This document shows, piece after piece, positions 1-8,645 of a stretch of 64,000 bases of DNA (within the stretch, counting starts at the first letter, position 1; each line of letters opens with the position of its first letter). The DNA comes from an uncultured Bacteriovoracaceae bacterium (GTDB lineage Bacteria > Bdellovibrionota > UBA2394). The stretch lies in NCBI GenBank assembly GCA_964622975.1, contig CAZUTA010000006.1, forward strand, positions 3,071-67,070, given 5' to 3'. Both the position numbers and the translations under genes were made by a program. Below the pieces are notes generated by a model, which worked only from the letters and a program-made list of their open reading frames with translations, was not told the DNA's origin and ran no database searches.

Positions 1-1199
1 TGCTCGATGCCCTTAAGCTTTTGCATTTTCATATTGGAAGCCAGATTAGCGATATTCGAACCTTTAAAGAAGCGGTGCTCGAAGGAGCTCGACTCTATGT
101 GGGGATGCGGCAAATGGGAGCTCCTGTCGAATATATGGACTTAGGAGGAGGACTTGGCGTCGACTACGACGGATCGCAGTCCAACTCAGATTATTCGATG
201 AATTATTCTCTCGAAGAATATATTCGCACAGCGATCAAGACGATCCAGCAAGTTTGTGACGATCAAGAGCAGCCTCATCCGCATTTGGTGACTGAATCCG
301 GTCGGGCCATCACTGCACATCATTCGTGTCTTGTGATGAATGTCGTCGGTTCTATTGGTGAAGGTTTGTTGCCCTCATCGACACGGTCACCTGGGCTCGA
401 AGGTTCAGAGTATGTCAAAGAAGTGGATCAAATCTTAAAGGATCTCAATCCTAAAAACGCTCTGACCTCGTATCACGATATGGTGGCGAAGCGAGAAGAG
501 ATTTTAAATCTCTTTAAGCTGGGAATGGTCAGCCTTAAAGAGCGAGCTTATGTGGATGAGCGATTTAAGGAGCTGCGAAGCTGGCTCCTTAAAAATCGTC
601 GACGAATGAAGCGAATGCCCGATGAGTTGGAGTCGGTCTTAGAAAAGAACGCGACTCAATATCTGGTGAATTTTTCCGTGTTTCAATCGGCGCCCGATCA
701 TTGGGCTTTTGATCAGTTGTTTCCCATTGTTCCAATTCACCGGTTGGGCGAGATTCCCCGCCGATCCACGACTCTCGTCGATATCACGTGCGATAGTGAT
801 GGAATGATTGATCGCTTCATTGCTCGATCCGAGGCCTTCAACTCCAATTTGTGGCTGCATCGATTGAGCCCTAAGCCTTACTATTTGGGAATGTTTTTGA
901 CGGGAGCCTATCAAGATATCATGGGTGACCTGCACAATCTCTTTGGCCGAGTGAACGAAGTGCACGTCTTTTGTGATGACGATGATCCCGAAGATTTTTA
1001 CATTCAAGAGGTCATTCCAGGAGATACGATTCATTCCGTTCTTGAAGAAAACCAGTTTGTCCCTTTTGAACTTTGCAAGTTTGTTCGTACTGCAGTGGAA
1101 GACAAGGTTAAGCAGGGCAAAATCAAGCCCCGTGATGGCGTTCAGATGATCGACTTTTATGAGTCAGTCATGAAGGGCTATACGTATCTTCGCAATTAA
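1..1199 (+). CDS. speA: Biosynthetic arginine decarboxylase, C-terminal ~390 aa; 5' end lies outside window
   Basis: ORF 21..1199 stays open in frame to base 1. HFHIGSQ, DLGGGLGVDYDG and TESGRAITAHH motifs match the C-terminal half of E. coli SpeA. Confidence 0.85.
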   Translation, partial: LDALKLLHFHIGSQISDIRTFKEAVLEGARLYVGMRQMGAPVEYMDLGGGLGVDYDGSQSNSDYSMNYSLEEYIRTAIKTIQQVCDDQEQPHPHLVTESGRAITAHHSCLVMNVVGSIGEGLLPSSTRSPGLEGSEYVKEVDQILKDLNPKNALTSYHDMVAKREEILNLFKLGMVSLKERAYVDERFKELRSWLLKNRRRMKRMPDELESVLEKNATQYLVNFSVFQSAPDHWAFDQLFPIVPIHRLGEIPRRSTTLVDITCDSDGMIDRFIARSEAFNSNLWLHRLSPKPYYLGMFLTGAYQDIMGDLHNLFGRVNEVHVFCDDDDPEDFYIQEVIPGDTIHSVLEENQFVPFELCKFVRTAVEDKVKQGKIKPRDGVQMIDFYESVMKGYTYLRN

Positions 1200-1202
1200 A
1201 AC

Positions 1203-1484
1203 TTAATAGGGAACAGAGGACGCGGGCTGGCACTTCAAATCAATGCGAGGCAGGCGGCCGCACGCGACGACTTCGGTGACACCCGAAGCCAGTCTGGCGC
1301 ATACGCTTGACTGAGCGGCTTCCGCAGTGGCGTCCGCATCAGGGCCTGTGGATGTCACGCATTCACGACGCCCATTAAACTCGAGACAAAGGTTACATTC
1401 GACTTGAGCCTGGTGAGACATCTTCCAAGTCACCAGGACAAAGATTCCTAGAACGATTCCTATAATCATGAGATTCTTTTTCAT
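1203..1484 (-). CDS. Small hypothetical protein with N-terminal hydrophobic anchor and 7 Cys
   Basis: 93-aa ORF, N-terminal TM/signal-like stretch (LMIIGIVLGIFVLV). Convergent with speA, 3 nt between stops. No recognisable domain. Confidence 0.35.
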   Translation of the reverse strand: MKKNLMIIGIVLGIFVLVTWKMSHQAQVECNLCLEFNGRRECVTSTGPDADATAEAAQSSVCARLASGVTEVVACGRLPRIDLKCQPASSVPY

Positions 1485-1521
1485 AAGGGTGATCCTGACG
1501 TAAAATTAATCGAGGGGATGA

Positions 1522-2262
1522 ATGCTGTCGACCTTCTTTGAAATTCGAAAGCGAATTCCTCGACTCAGGGGCAAAGCCTATCGTGAGTCGAGTACTGAGG
1601 CTCAAGCCCGAGCACTTGGCCTGCCTGGTTCGTGGGGCAAGCAATTGAGTCAGAAGGCTTTAGAGTTAAATGCCTTGTATTCTTATATCCTTGAGCAGAT
1701 TCCTCCTTTTGAACTCGAGCCGGCCGCTTTCAGAGAAGCATATGACTTAGGATCGAAGGATTTTTCCTATGCTCCGAGTTTGAGCACATGGCTGACACAT
1801 CGGTTTTCAGATTCTCAATGGACGCTTAAAGGGCTCGAGGTGGATCCCTATCAAATTTATTTTGATTTTTATCGGCGACTAGATGTGGCCTCATATTACG
1901 CTTCTGTCGCCAGTCGAGAAAATCTGAGTGTTCAGTATGAAGCAGCGGATTGGTTGCGGTTTCCGGTACAGGAGAGCCCAGCGATTCTCTTTTGTTTGTT
2001 TCCCTATTTGTTTGAGGATTTGCATCGAGGGGCGGGGCTTCCTCCCCGGCATTTTGATCCGTTTCAGTTTTATCAAAAAATGGCAAGCGCCAGACCACAA
2101 GCCATTTTGTTTTTTCACCAAGGTGCTCAAGAAAAACAAGCTTCACTCGAATTGATTCAAAAAACTCTCAAGCGAGGTGAGGTGATCTATGAAGAGCGAA
2201 TCACGGAGAACCCCTACCTCATGCGTAAGCATCCGATTGAGGTTCTCCTGTGGAAAACTTAA
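1522..2262 (+). CDS. Hypothetical protein (246 aa)
   Basis: ATG preceded by GAGGGG RBS-like sequence. No recognisable motifs. Stop overlaps mdh stop by 4 nt (convergent). Confidence 0.5.
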   Translation: MLSTFFEIRKRIPRLRGKAYRESSTEAQARALGLPGSWGKQLSQKALELNALYSYILEQIPPFELEPAAFREAYDLGSKDFSYAPSLSTWLTHRFSDSQWTLKGLEVDPYQIYFDFYRRLDVASYYASVASRENLSVQYEAADWLRFPVQESPAILFCLFPYLFEDLHRGAGLPPRHFDPFQFYQKMASARPQAILFFHQGAQEKQASLELIQKTLKRGEVIYEERITENPYLMRKHPIEVLLWKT

Positions 2263-3191
2263 AGCACTTTAATCAGAGACATCACGGCTTCTTTGGATTT
2301 ATCGAGCATCGCCTTTTCATCGGTTGAAAGCTTGATTTCCAAAACTTTTTCGATGCCATTGCCGCCCAAAATGACGGGAACGCCAAGATAGACGTCTTTG
2401 TATCCGTATTCTCCATTCAAGTACGCGCAAACAGGACGAATCTTTCTTTGATCCTTCAGAATTGCTTCTGCCATTTCGACAGCGGACGCTGCGGGCGCGT
2501 AGTAGGCCGATCCCGTCTTTAAAAAGTTGACGATTTCGATCCCGCCGTCTTTGGCTCTTTGAACAATTTGATTTAAGCGATCAGCCGGAACCAAATCAGC
2601 GACTGGAATGCCCTGCACTGTTGTGTAGCGAGTGAGAGGCACCATCGTATCGCCATGGCCGCCCAAAAGAAGAGCCTGGATATCATCGGACGAGCAGCCG
2701 ATTTCCATGGCCAAAAAAGTTCTATAGCGCGCTGTATCCAAAACGCCGGCCATTCCCATCACTCGGTGTGCCGGAAATCCTGAAGCTTGTTTGGCGACAA
2801 AGCACATGGCGTCTAAGGGATTGCTGACAATAATCAAAATCGCGTTGGGCGAAGTCTTAGAAACTTGCTCAGTGACAGATTTGACGATGCCCGCATTTGT
2901 TTTCAACAAGTCATCGCGACTCATGCCTGGCTTTCGGGGAATGCCAGCGGTGATGATGACAATGTCCGAATCCTTGGTGAGATCGTAGGAATTGGTTCCG
3001 ACGACTTTGAAAGAGGCTCTTTCAACAGGGAGCGACTCATAAATATCAAGAGCCTTTCCCTGGGGGATGCCTTCAGCGATATCGACTAAAATGACATCGC
3101 CCAATTCTTTGGTTGCGCAGAGGTGAGCGGCGGTGGCACCGACATTCCCTGCTCCTATGACCGTGATTTTCTTACGCTTATGTAAACTCAT
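2259..3191 (-). CDS. mdh: Malate dehydrogenase (LDH-like MDH family)
   Basis: [10 protein letters not shown] Rossmann motif, [12 protein letters not shown], catalytic LGGHGD region. 310 aa, typical length. Confidence 0.9.
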   Translation of the reverse strand: MSLHKRKKITVIGAGNVGATAAHLCATKELGDVILVDIAEGIPQGKALDIYESLPVERASFKVVGTNSYDLTKDSDIVIITAGIPRKPGMSRDDLLKTNAGIVKSVTEQVSKTSPNAILIIVSNPLDAMCFVAKQASGFPAHRVMGMAGVLDTARYRTFLAMEIGCSSDDIQALLLGGHGDTMVPLTRYTTVQGIPVADLVPADRLNQIVQRAKDGGIEIVNFLKTGSAYYAPAASAVEMAEAILKDQRKIRPVCAYLNGEYGYKDVYLGVPVILGGNGIEKVLEIKLSTDEKAMLDKSKEAVMSLIKVL

Positions 3192-3349
3192 GCAGCAAGA
3201 TTAAGGCTCGAATAGGGGCCTCGCAAGCGTCAAAATCCGTCCCTGGCATAGAAACTGCTACTTAGAGTCTGAAGTGCGAATAGAACGGGTGGAAGAACGA
3301 ATAACCTGAGTGAATTTAGGTACTTAGGTTTGAAAGTGTGTGAGAAACT

Positions 3350-4405
3350 ATGCAGACTTTATCAAAGGCATATGAAAACACGAGCAGCCAGCGAACGGTC
3401 GCTCCCGCTGGTCGCCTCTCAGAAACCCCGTCTCGCTTTGTCATTGATCGCCTCCATCGAGATCAATTCACCGGCTCCCTGATTTTGAGTCACAAAGAAA
3501 AAAAGAAGAAGCTTTGGTTTTATCGAGGCGAGATTATTCGCATTCAAAGCAATATGGTTCCGGAACTCTTTGGTCATATGTTGATTGAAAGAGGCTGGAT
3601 TTCTGAATCAGATCTTAAGGTCTGCCTCGATCTTCAAAAAGAAATGTATGAAAAATTGAGCACTGGCAAAAAATTAGGTGCGTGGGTTCATGAGTTGCAT
3701 GCCATTGCACACGAGGAGCTTGAAGAGCTTCATCAGTTTCAGACGGTCAATTCGATCTTGCAGTCGCTCACTTGGGACGAAGGTGTCTACGAATATCAGC
3801 CAGCAGATCTCAAGTCTGCTGAGACCCCGCTCGTTCAGTATGCGGATGTCATTGGAGCCGTCCATGCTCTGCTGAGTTTACATCGCGAGGGAATTCCCAA
3901 TTTGTTTAAATCCTTAAAATCTTGGCAGCCCAAATCTCAAACCGTAGAGCTCTCCCAAACTCCGCTTTGGGCTCTGCTTGCCGGCTGCCAACGAACAGGC
4001 GCTCACGGAATTCTCACCGTGCGAAAGCAAAACAGGCTTTATGAAATTATCATCAAGCGGGGCAATCCGTTGATTCTTTACGAAGGAACATTTGGACAAC
4101 CTCGTCAGACTTTGATTGTTCGCCGAACCAGTGATGAACACGAAAAGTTTTTTGTGGGGCAGCTCTTTAAGCTCCTGTCATTTTTGTCAGGGACAGCTCA
4201 TTTTAGAAGTCTTGAAGAATCTGCCGTGGAGCGAGACAGCTTTTTGCAAATTGTTGTGGAGGCTCCGTCTCAAGTCACTCGAACTCTCAAGCCCGGTGAG
4301 GATCCGCCCTTCGAACTGACGTCAGAGTTTCTAGTCAAATCGACCAATCGACTGCAGCTGTGGATGACTAAAATTAAGAGCCTTTTGAAGGCTTCACGTC
4401 GATGA
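3350..4405 (+). CDS. DUF4388-like domain protein
   Basis: N-terminal region (FTGSLIL...LWFYRGEIIRIQSN...LFGHMLIERGWISESDL) resembles the DUF4388 fold found in Myxococcus/Bdellovibrio signalling proteins. Rest unassigned. Confidence 0.5.
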   Translation: MQTLSKAYENTSSQRTVAPAGRLSETPSRFVIDRLHRDQFTGSLILSHKEKKKKLWFYRGEIIRIQSNMVPELFGHMLIERGWISESDLKVCLDLQKEMYEKLSTGKKLGAWVHELHAIAHEELEELHQFQTVNSILQSLTWDEGVYEYQPADLKSAETPLVQYADVIGAVHALLSLHREGIPNLFKSLKSWQPKSQTVELSQTPLWALLAGCQRTGAHGILTVRKQNRLYEIIIKRGNPLILYEGTFGQPRQTLIVRRTSDEHEKFFVGQLFKLLSFLSGTAHFRSLEESAVERDSFLQIVVEAPSQVTRTLKPGEDPPFELTSEFLVKSTNRLQLWMTKIKSLLKASRR

Positions 4406-5339
4406 CCATCTCTTTGAATTTGGCATTTTGCTTCATATAATCACGAAGTTTTTCCATCACGCGAGATTCGATTTGTCGAACTCGCTCCCGCGTAATCTGA
4501 TACTGATCGCCAATTTCTTGTAAAGTCTTTGCCTGATCGGAGCGCATTCGCTCTCTAAAAATGAGGAGTTCCTTCCCCGTAAGAGTACGTTCAAACGCAT
4601 TCAATCGCTCTTCAAACTCCATGCGGATTTCTTCATCTGCGAGATCATCATCCGCCCCGCGACCTTCCTGACGAAGCATATGAATCAAGGTATCGCCATC
4701 GGGATCATCCCCACGCATGGGAGCATGGAGTGATACATCCTTTCCACTCAAGCGCTGACTCATATCGATGACTTCTTGTTCTTTAACATGAAGTTTATCT
4801 GCCAAGTACTTGGGCTCTGGACGCATGCCGAGGGCTTCGAGTTTGGCTTTCTCCTTTTGGAGGCGATAAAAAAGTGTTCGTTGAGCTTTGGTGGTTCCCA
4901 TTTTGACGAGAGACCAATTGGAGAGAATAAAACTTCGAATATAGGCTTTGATCCAATGCGAGGCGTACGAAGAAAATTTCACGCCGCGATATGGATCATA
5001 ATCCTGAACAGCTCTCATCAATCCAATATTGCCTTCCTGAATCAAATCGAGAGCATGAAATCCTGTGCGCAGGTATTCGTACGCAATTTTTACAACGAGT
5101 CGCAAATTAGAGAGGATCAAAACTTGAGCGGCATGTTTGTCTTTAGAATCAAAATACTTCTTCGCAATCTCAGATTCCTTCTGAGGACTCAATAGAGGGT
5201 ATTCCTTGAGTGACCGAATATAAGCCTGCAGAGCCTCTGTCCGTGAAGGGGACTCCACGGGAACGGGAGTAAGGGGACTCATCCCCTGAGCTGGCTTGGG
5301 GGGCGCCTTTTTTTTAGAAACTTTTTTGGCAGATCCCAC
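4374..5339 (-). CDS. rpoH: RNA polymerase sigma-32 (heat-shock sigma factor RpoH)
   Basis: Sigma-70 regions 2-4 (DLIQEGNIGLMRAVQDYDP; FSSYASHWIKAYI; TLQEIGDQYQITRERVRQIE) plus RpoH-box-like QRTLFYRLQK. Confidence 0.85.
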   Translation of the reverse strand: MGSAKKVSKKKAPPKPAQGMSPLTPVPVESPSRTEALQAYIRSLKEYPLLSPQKESEIAKKYFDSKDKHAAQVLILSNLRLVVKIAYEYLRTGFHALDLIQEGNIGLMRAVQDYDPYRGVKFSSYASHWIKAYIRSFILSNWSLVKMGTTKAQRTLFYRLQKEKAKLEALGMRPEPKYLADKLHVKEQEVIDMSQRLSGKDVSLHAPMRGDDPDGDTLIHMLRQEGRGADDDLADEEIRMEFEERLNAFERTLTGKELLIFRERMRSDQAKTLQEIGDQYQITRERVRQIESRVMEKLRDYMKQNAKFKEMVIDVKPSKGS

Positions 5340-5354
5340 TTGAATATCTAACGG

Positions 5355-5912
5355 CTATTTCTTGAGTCTCGTCAATTGATCGACGTAAGACTTCGTACGT
5401 ATTTCGGCGTTAGGTCCTCCTGGAATGAGGCTTGGTCCTAAGACGCTGAGTCCAAGTAAAAGAGTTCCCCAGGCTGTGGGAGGGTTTTTATATCGAAACA
5501 CTTTCATTTTTTCCAAAATCTGAGGGAAGGCCAGGGGATTCTGAGAAAGCAAAAGAGTCTCACGATCAATGGTTCGTGGATCAAATGGGCCCAGCAATCG
5601 GTGAATGACTGTCGAGCGCTCTGCACCCACAATGGCCCAGGCGAGGAGGGATTCTTGTTCCTCGAGAGAAAGAGAGTCCCAAAGCTCCTGCTGAACATAA
5701 ACACATGACTGAAAAAAGAACGGAATAACAAGGACCTCACAGAGAGGTCGTTGCATAAGGTGAAGGCGCACTCGGCGCGAGACTTGAGCGAGCAGGCGAA
5801 TCTCCGCTTTGGGCGAAAAATATTCCTGGCCTTGTCCAAGATGACGAACAATGAGACTCAAAATCTCTCGGTGAAAGGCGGCAAGAAGAAAAACCAGCAA
5901 AAAAAGGGACAT
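5355..5912 (-). CDS. Hypothetical protein (185 aa), last gene of AAA-ATPase operon
   Basis: Start overlaps upstream stop by 1 nt (translational coupling). No recognisable domain. Confidence 0.4.
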   Translation of the reverse strand: MSLFLLVFLLAAFHREILSLIVRHLGQGQEYFSPKAEIRLLAQVSRRVRLHLMQRPLCEVLVIPFFFQSCVYVQQELWDSLSLEEQESLLAWAIVGAERSTVIHRLLGPFDPRTIDRETLLLSQNPLAFPQILEKMKVFRYKNPPTAWGTLLLGLSVLGPSLIPGGPNAEIRTKSYVDQLTRLKK

Positions 5913-6418
5913 CAGAGCAATTTACTGGAGTTCTTCAAGTCGAGCAAATAGTGAACTTCGGCTCGTAAAGTCGAAAACTTCCAGCGAAAAGAAAGCACTT
6001 CAACCCATGAAGGTCGGATGGAAAGAGGGTTTTGGAGTATCTCCTCCAAGATCCACTGAAAGCGCTCTCTCATCGCGGCATCCAGAGGGAGCCGAGTCTT
6101 TTGGGAGTGGCATTCCAGAATCTGAAGGACACAAAAAGCCTGAAGATATCGTTCATTCCATTCGAGGAGATAAAACAATTCAAAGACCGAAAGAACTTCG
6201 TTTTGGAGGTCAAAATCCGACGTCACTTTATTCAGGACCTCAAGAACTTGAGGAGTCAAAAGTTCTGGCAGAATCGCTTTGGACCTCAATTTGATTTCCA
6301 ATGAAAGTCGTCGGCGAACTTCTGGAAATCGTAAATCTTGATCCTGCAGCAAAAGTGCAAAGGCTAGATCAAATCGATTCCACACAGCGAGGGGATGAAG
6401 GTTCCAGGGCAGTTCCAT
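5912..6418 (-). CDS. Hypothetical protein (168 aa)
   Basis: Starts 3 nt after AAA-ATPase stop. No recognisable domain. Could in principle be one frame-shifted gene with 5355..5912. Confidence 0.4.
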   Translation of the reverse strand: MELPWNLHPLAVWNRFDLAFALLLQDQDLRFPEVRRRLSLEIKLRSKAILPELLTPQVLEVLNKVTSDFDLQNEVLSVFELFYLLEWNERYLQAFCVLQILECHSQKTRLPLDAAMRERFQWILEEILQNPLSIRPSWVEVLSFRWKFSTLRAEVHYLLDLKNSSKLL

Positions 6419-6421
6419 GAT

Positions 6422-7942
6422 CTATCGACTCGCCTTAACAGCTCGAGTGTCGGCCCATCGCTTAATTTCTTTGATTTGTTCGGCCATCGTGGTCGCCAGC
6501 GGGACCATTCGGCCTGCTGCCATAAAGACATCATCTTGCTTCAAGGGGCGTTTACCATCTTTAAAAGCGAGCACCAATCCTGACACAACGGTTTGCTCAA
6601 CTTCAGCCCCATTAAAGTTCACAGAGGCTTTGGCGAGTTCCGTCAAATTAAACTGACTCAAGTCCGCCTTTCGCTTTTCAAGATGCACTTTGAAGATCTG
6701 CTTTCGTTCTTCCTCCGAGGGAAGGTCTACAAAGAAGATTTCATCAAATCTCCCCTTTCGAAGGAGTTCAGGGGGAAGCTTGTTAATTTCGTTGGCGGTC
6801 GCCGCCACAAAAACAGGTGTCGAATGTTCCTGCAGCCATGTCAAAAATGAACTAAAAATTCGAGCGGTCACGCCTTTATCGCCCTGCTCGTAACCGGCAA
6901 CTCCCTTTTCGATTTCTTCGAGCCACAAAATCGCAGGTGCGACGGCTTCGATCTGCATAATGGCGCGTCGAAAGCACTCTTCGGGAGTGCCCAGAGCTCC
7001 GCCGTACACACGATTCATGTCCAATCGATAAAGAGGCAATCCCCAGGCGGCCGCGATTGCTTGAGTGGAGAGCGACTTTCCGCAGCCGCTAATCCCTGTC
7101 ATCAAAATTCCTTTAGGCATTCGAATTCCCGCTTGCTGAGCTGCCTTCGAAAAAAAGTGCGCTCGATCATGAAGCCAATCTTTGAGATTCTCAAGGCCTC
7201 CAATGTCATTGAGGGAGTATTTGAGAGGGACGTATTCCAAAAGGCCTTCGCGTCTAATCAGGCGAGCCTTTTCTTCGTAGACGATACTTACGGCTTCTTC
7301 GTTAAGCTCCGATTTGCCAACGAGCATCTTCTGAAAAATAAATTTAGCTTCGTCGAGAGTCAGGCCGAGTGCGCCTTGAAGAATTTTTTGCTTCTGCTCA
7401 TCCGTCAGAGTCACTTTAACCTTGGGGACTCCCTTCAGCACGGAGTCAAAAATCTGCGAAAGATCGCCTTCGTCAGGCAGCGCAAAATCAATGGAGATAA
7501 TCTCCTTGAGCATATCGTCCGGAATATCGGCAAATGGAGAGAGGAGAAAGACCGTCTTAAATGAGCCTTTGGTCGTCTGAAACACATCCCTGAGAGTTCT
7601 TTTGAGAAGAGACTCCGGAGCAGCCTTCCAAGAAAAATCCTTAATCAAAAGAATTCCTGAGCCTTGAAGATTCATAAAATGTTCGAGGGCTTCGACGAGC
7701 GTTGCTTTGGGTTGATCTCCAAAGCCGCGGGTTTCGGACCATGTCATAAACTGAACGGGCTGACTAAATCCCTGAGCGGCAACTTTTTTGAGAGTTGTTT
7801 CGACACGCTCTTCTTCCCATGATTCGATCCAAACAAGGGGATACTTGGACGCAATGAGCTTTTTGATCTCTTCAAAAGAATTTTTGCGCTGAGATTTAAG
7901 TTCGAGTTGTGCCATATTAATTCCACCGTTGTTGAGTATCAT
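6422..7942 (-). CDS. AAA+ family ATPase with ~270-aa N-terminal domain of unknown function
   Basis: Walker A GISGCGKS, Walker B ILWLEEIE, second region of homology/arginine finger RKGRFDEIFFVDLP. Likely true start is Met10 (7915), 1 nt after rhomboid stop. Confidence 0.8.
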   Translation of the reverse strand: MILNNGGINMAQLELKSQRKNSFEEIKKLIASKYPLVWIESWEEERVETTLKKVAAQGFSQPVQFMTWSETRGFGDQPKATLVEALEHFMNLQGSGILLIKDFSWKAAPESLLKRTLRDVFQTTKGSFKTVFLLSPFADIPDDMLKEIISIDFALPDEGDLSQIFDSVLKGVPKVKVTLTDEQKQKILQGALGLTLDEAKFIFQKMLVGKSELNEEAVSIVYEEKARLIRREGLLEYVPLKYSLNDIGGLENLKDWLHDRAHFFSKAAQQAGIRMPKGILMTGISGCGKSLSTQAIAAAWGLPLYRLDMNRVYGGALGTPEECFRRAIMQIEAVAPAILWLEEIEKGVAGYEQGDKGVTARIFSSFLTWLQEHSTPVFVAATANEINKLPPELLRKGRFDEIFFVDLPSEEERKQIFKVHLEKRKADLSQFNLTELAKASVNFNGAEVEQTVVSGLVLAFKDGKRPLKQDDVFMAAGRMVPLATTMAEQIKEIKRWADTRAVKASR

Positions 7943-8645
7943 CCAAGCGTACGACTCTTAATTTTTTGCGCATTCGTCTTTGATGCCATCGTTCGCGAAC
8001 TTGACGCCACCATCCCGAACTGCTCGAAAATCCACCGCGATCTCCAAAAAATCGAATAAATATCCAGCCGACCAGTGCGCCGCTCAAGTGGGCGAGATTG
8101 CTGACCCCCTGCTGGTTACTCGTCCAGAGTGCATAGAATTCTATGGCGATCAAAAGGTAGGCAAAGACCTTCATTTTGAGAGGGAAGATAAACATAAAGA
8201 GCACCATTTGATTGGGGTAGAGCTGCGCAATGGCGACTAAAACAGCAAAGACGACGCCGGACGCGCCGATCGTGGGAATATTCATGGTCAGAGGATTGAG
8301 CAAGCTGACTGCGGCCACCACGACGGCGGTCAAAAATCCGGTCACAAACACAAAGGTCATGAATCTTCGATCTCCAAAATGATCTTGGAGAAGACTGCCA
8401 AACATCCAAAAGCCCAACATATTAAAGAGAAGATGGGTGAGATCGCCGTGAAAGAAGATCCATGTGACTCCCTGATAGATCATTCCCTGCCAAAAAAGTT
8501 CGGGGACGAGTCCAAAAAATCGAATGAGTTGTTCAAAGAGCTCCCGTGAATCTGGCTGAGCCTTGGCAAAGGCTTCGAGTAAAAATACTCCTGTGCAAAT
8601 AAAGACAAATGTTCGAACAAATCCTGTGAAGCGAGGAAAAATCAT
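7917..8645 (-). CDS. Rhomboid family intramembrane serine protease
   Basis: Polytopic membrane protein with GASGVVFA (GxSG catalytic Ser) and AHLSGAL (catalytic His) motifs. Confidence 0.8.
   Translation of the reverse strand: MIFPRFTGFVRTFVFICTGVFLLEAFAKAQPDSRELFEQLIRFFGLVPELFWQGMIYQGVTWIFFHGDLTHLLFNMLGFWMFGSLLQDHFGDRRFMTFVFVTGFLTAVVVAAVSLLNPLTMNIPTIGASGVVFAVLVAIAQLYPNQMVLFMFIFPLKMKVFAYLLIAIEFYALWTSNQQGVSNLAHLSGALVGWIFIRFFGDRGGFSSSSGWWRQVRERWHQRRMRKKLRVVRLDDTQQRWN

Noticed and set aside
639-1034. Antisense 131-aa ORF inside speA. Similar antisense/internal ORFs occur at 1826..2146, 2791..3089, 3674..3875, 4776..5195, 5504..5851, 6007..6304, 8116..8409, 8741..9406, 10025..10486, 12518..13225, 14466..15185, 36551..37373 and 40706..41209, among others.
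   Set aside because: Each lies entirely within, and opposite or out of frame to, a CDS with strong family-level motif support, and has no motif of its own. Treated as spurious.
6422-7942. AAA+ ATPase plus two small proteins as a phage-defence system.
   Set aside because: The ATPase is a classical FtsH/Cdc48-clade AAA with SRH. It is embedded in an operon with a kinase and a rhomboid. No nuclease, SIR2, TIR or other defence effector domain is present, so a signalling/proteostasis role is more likely.
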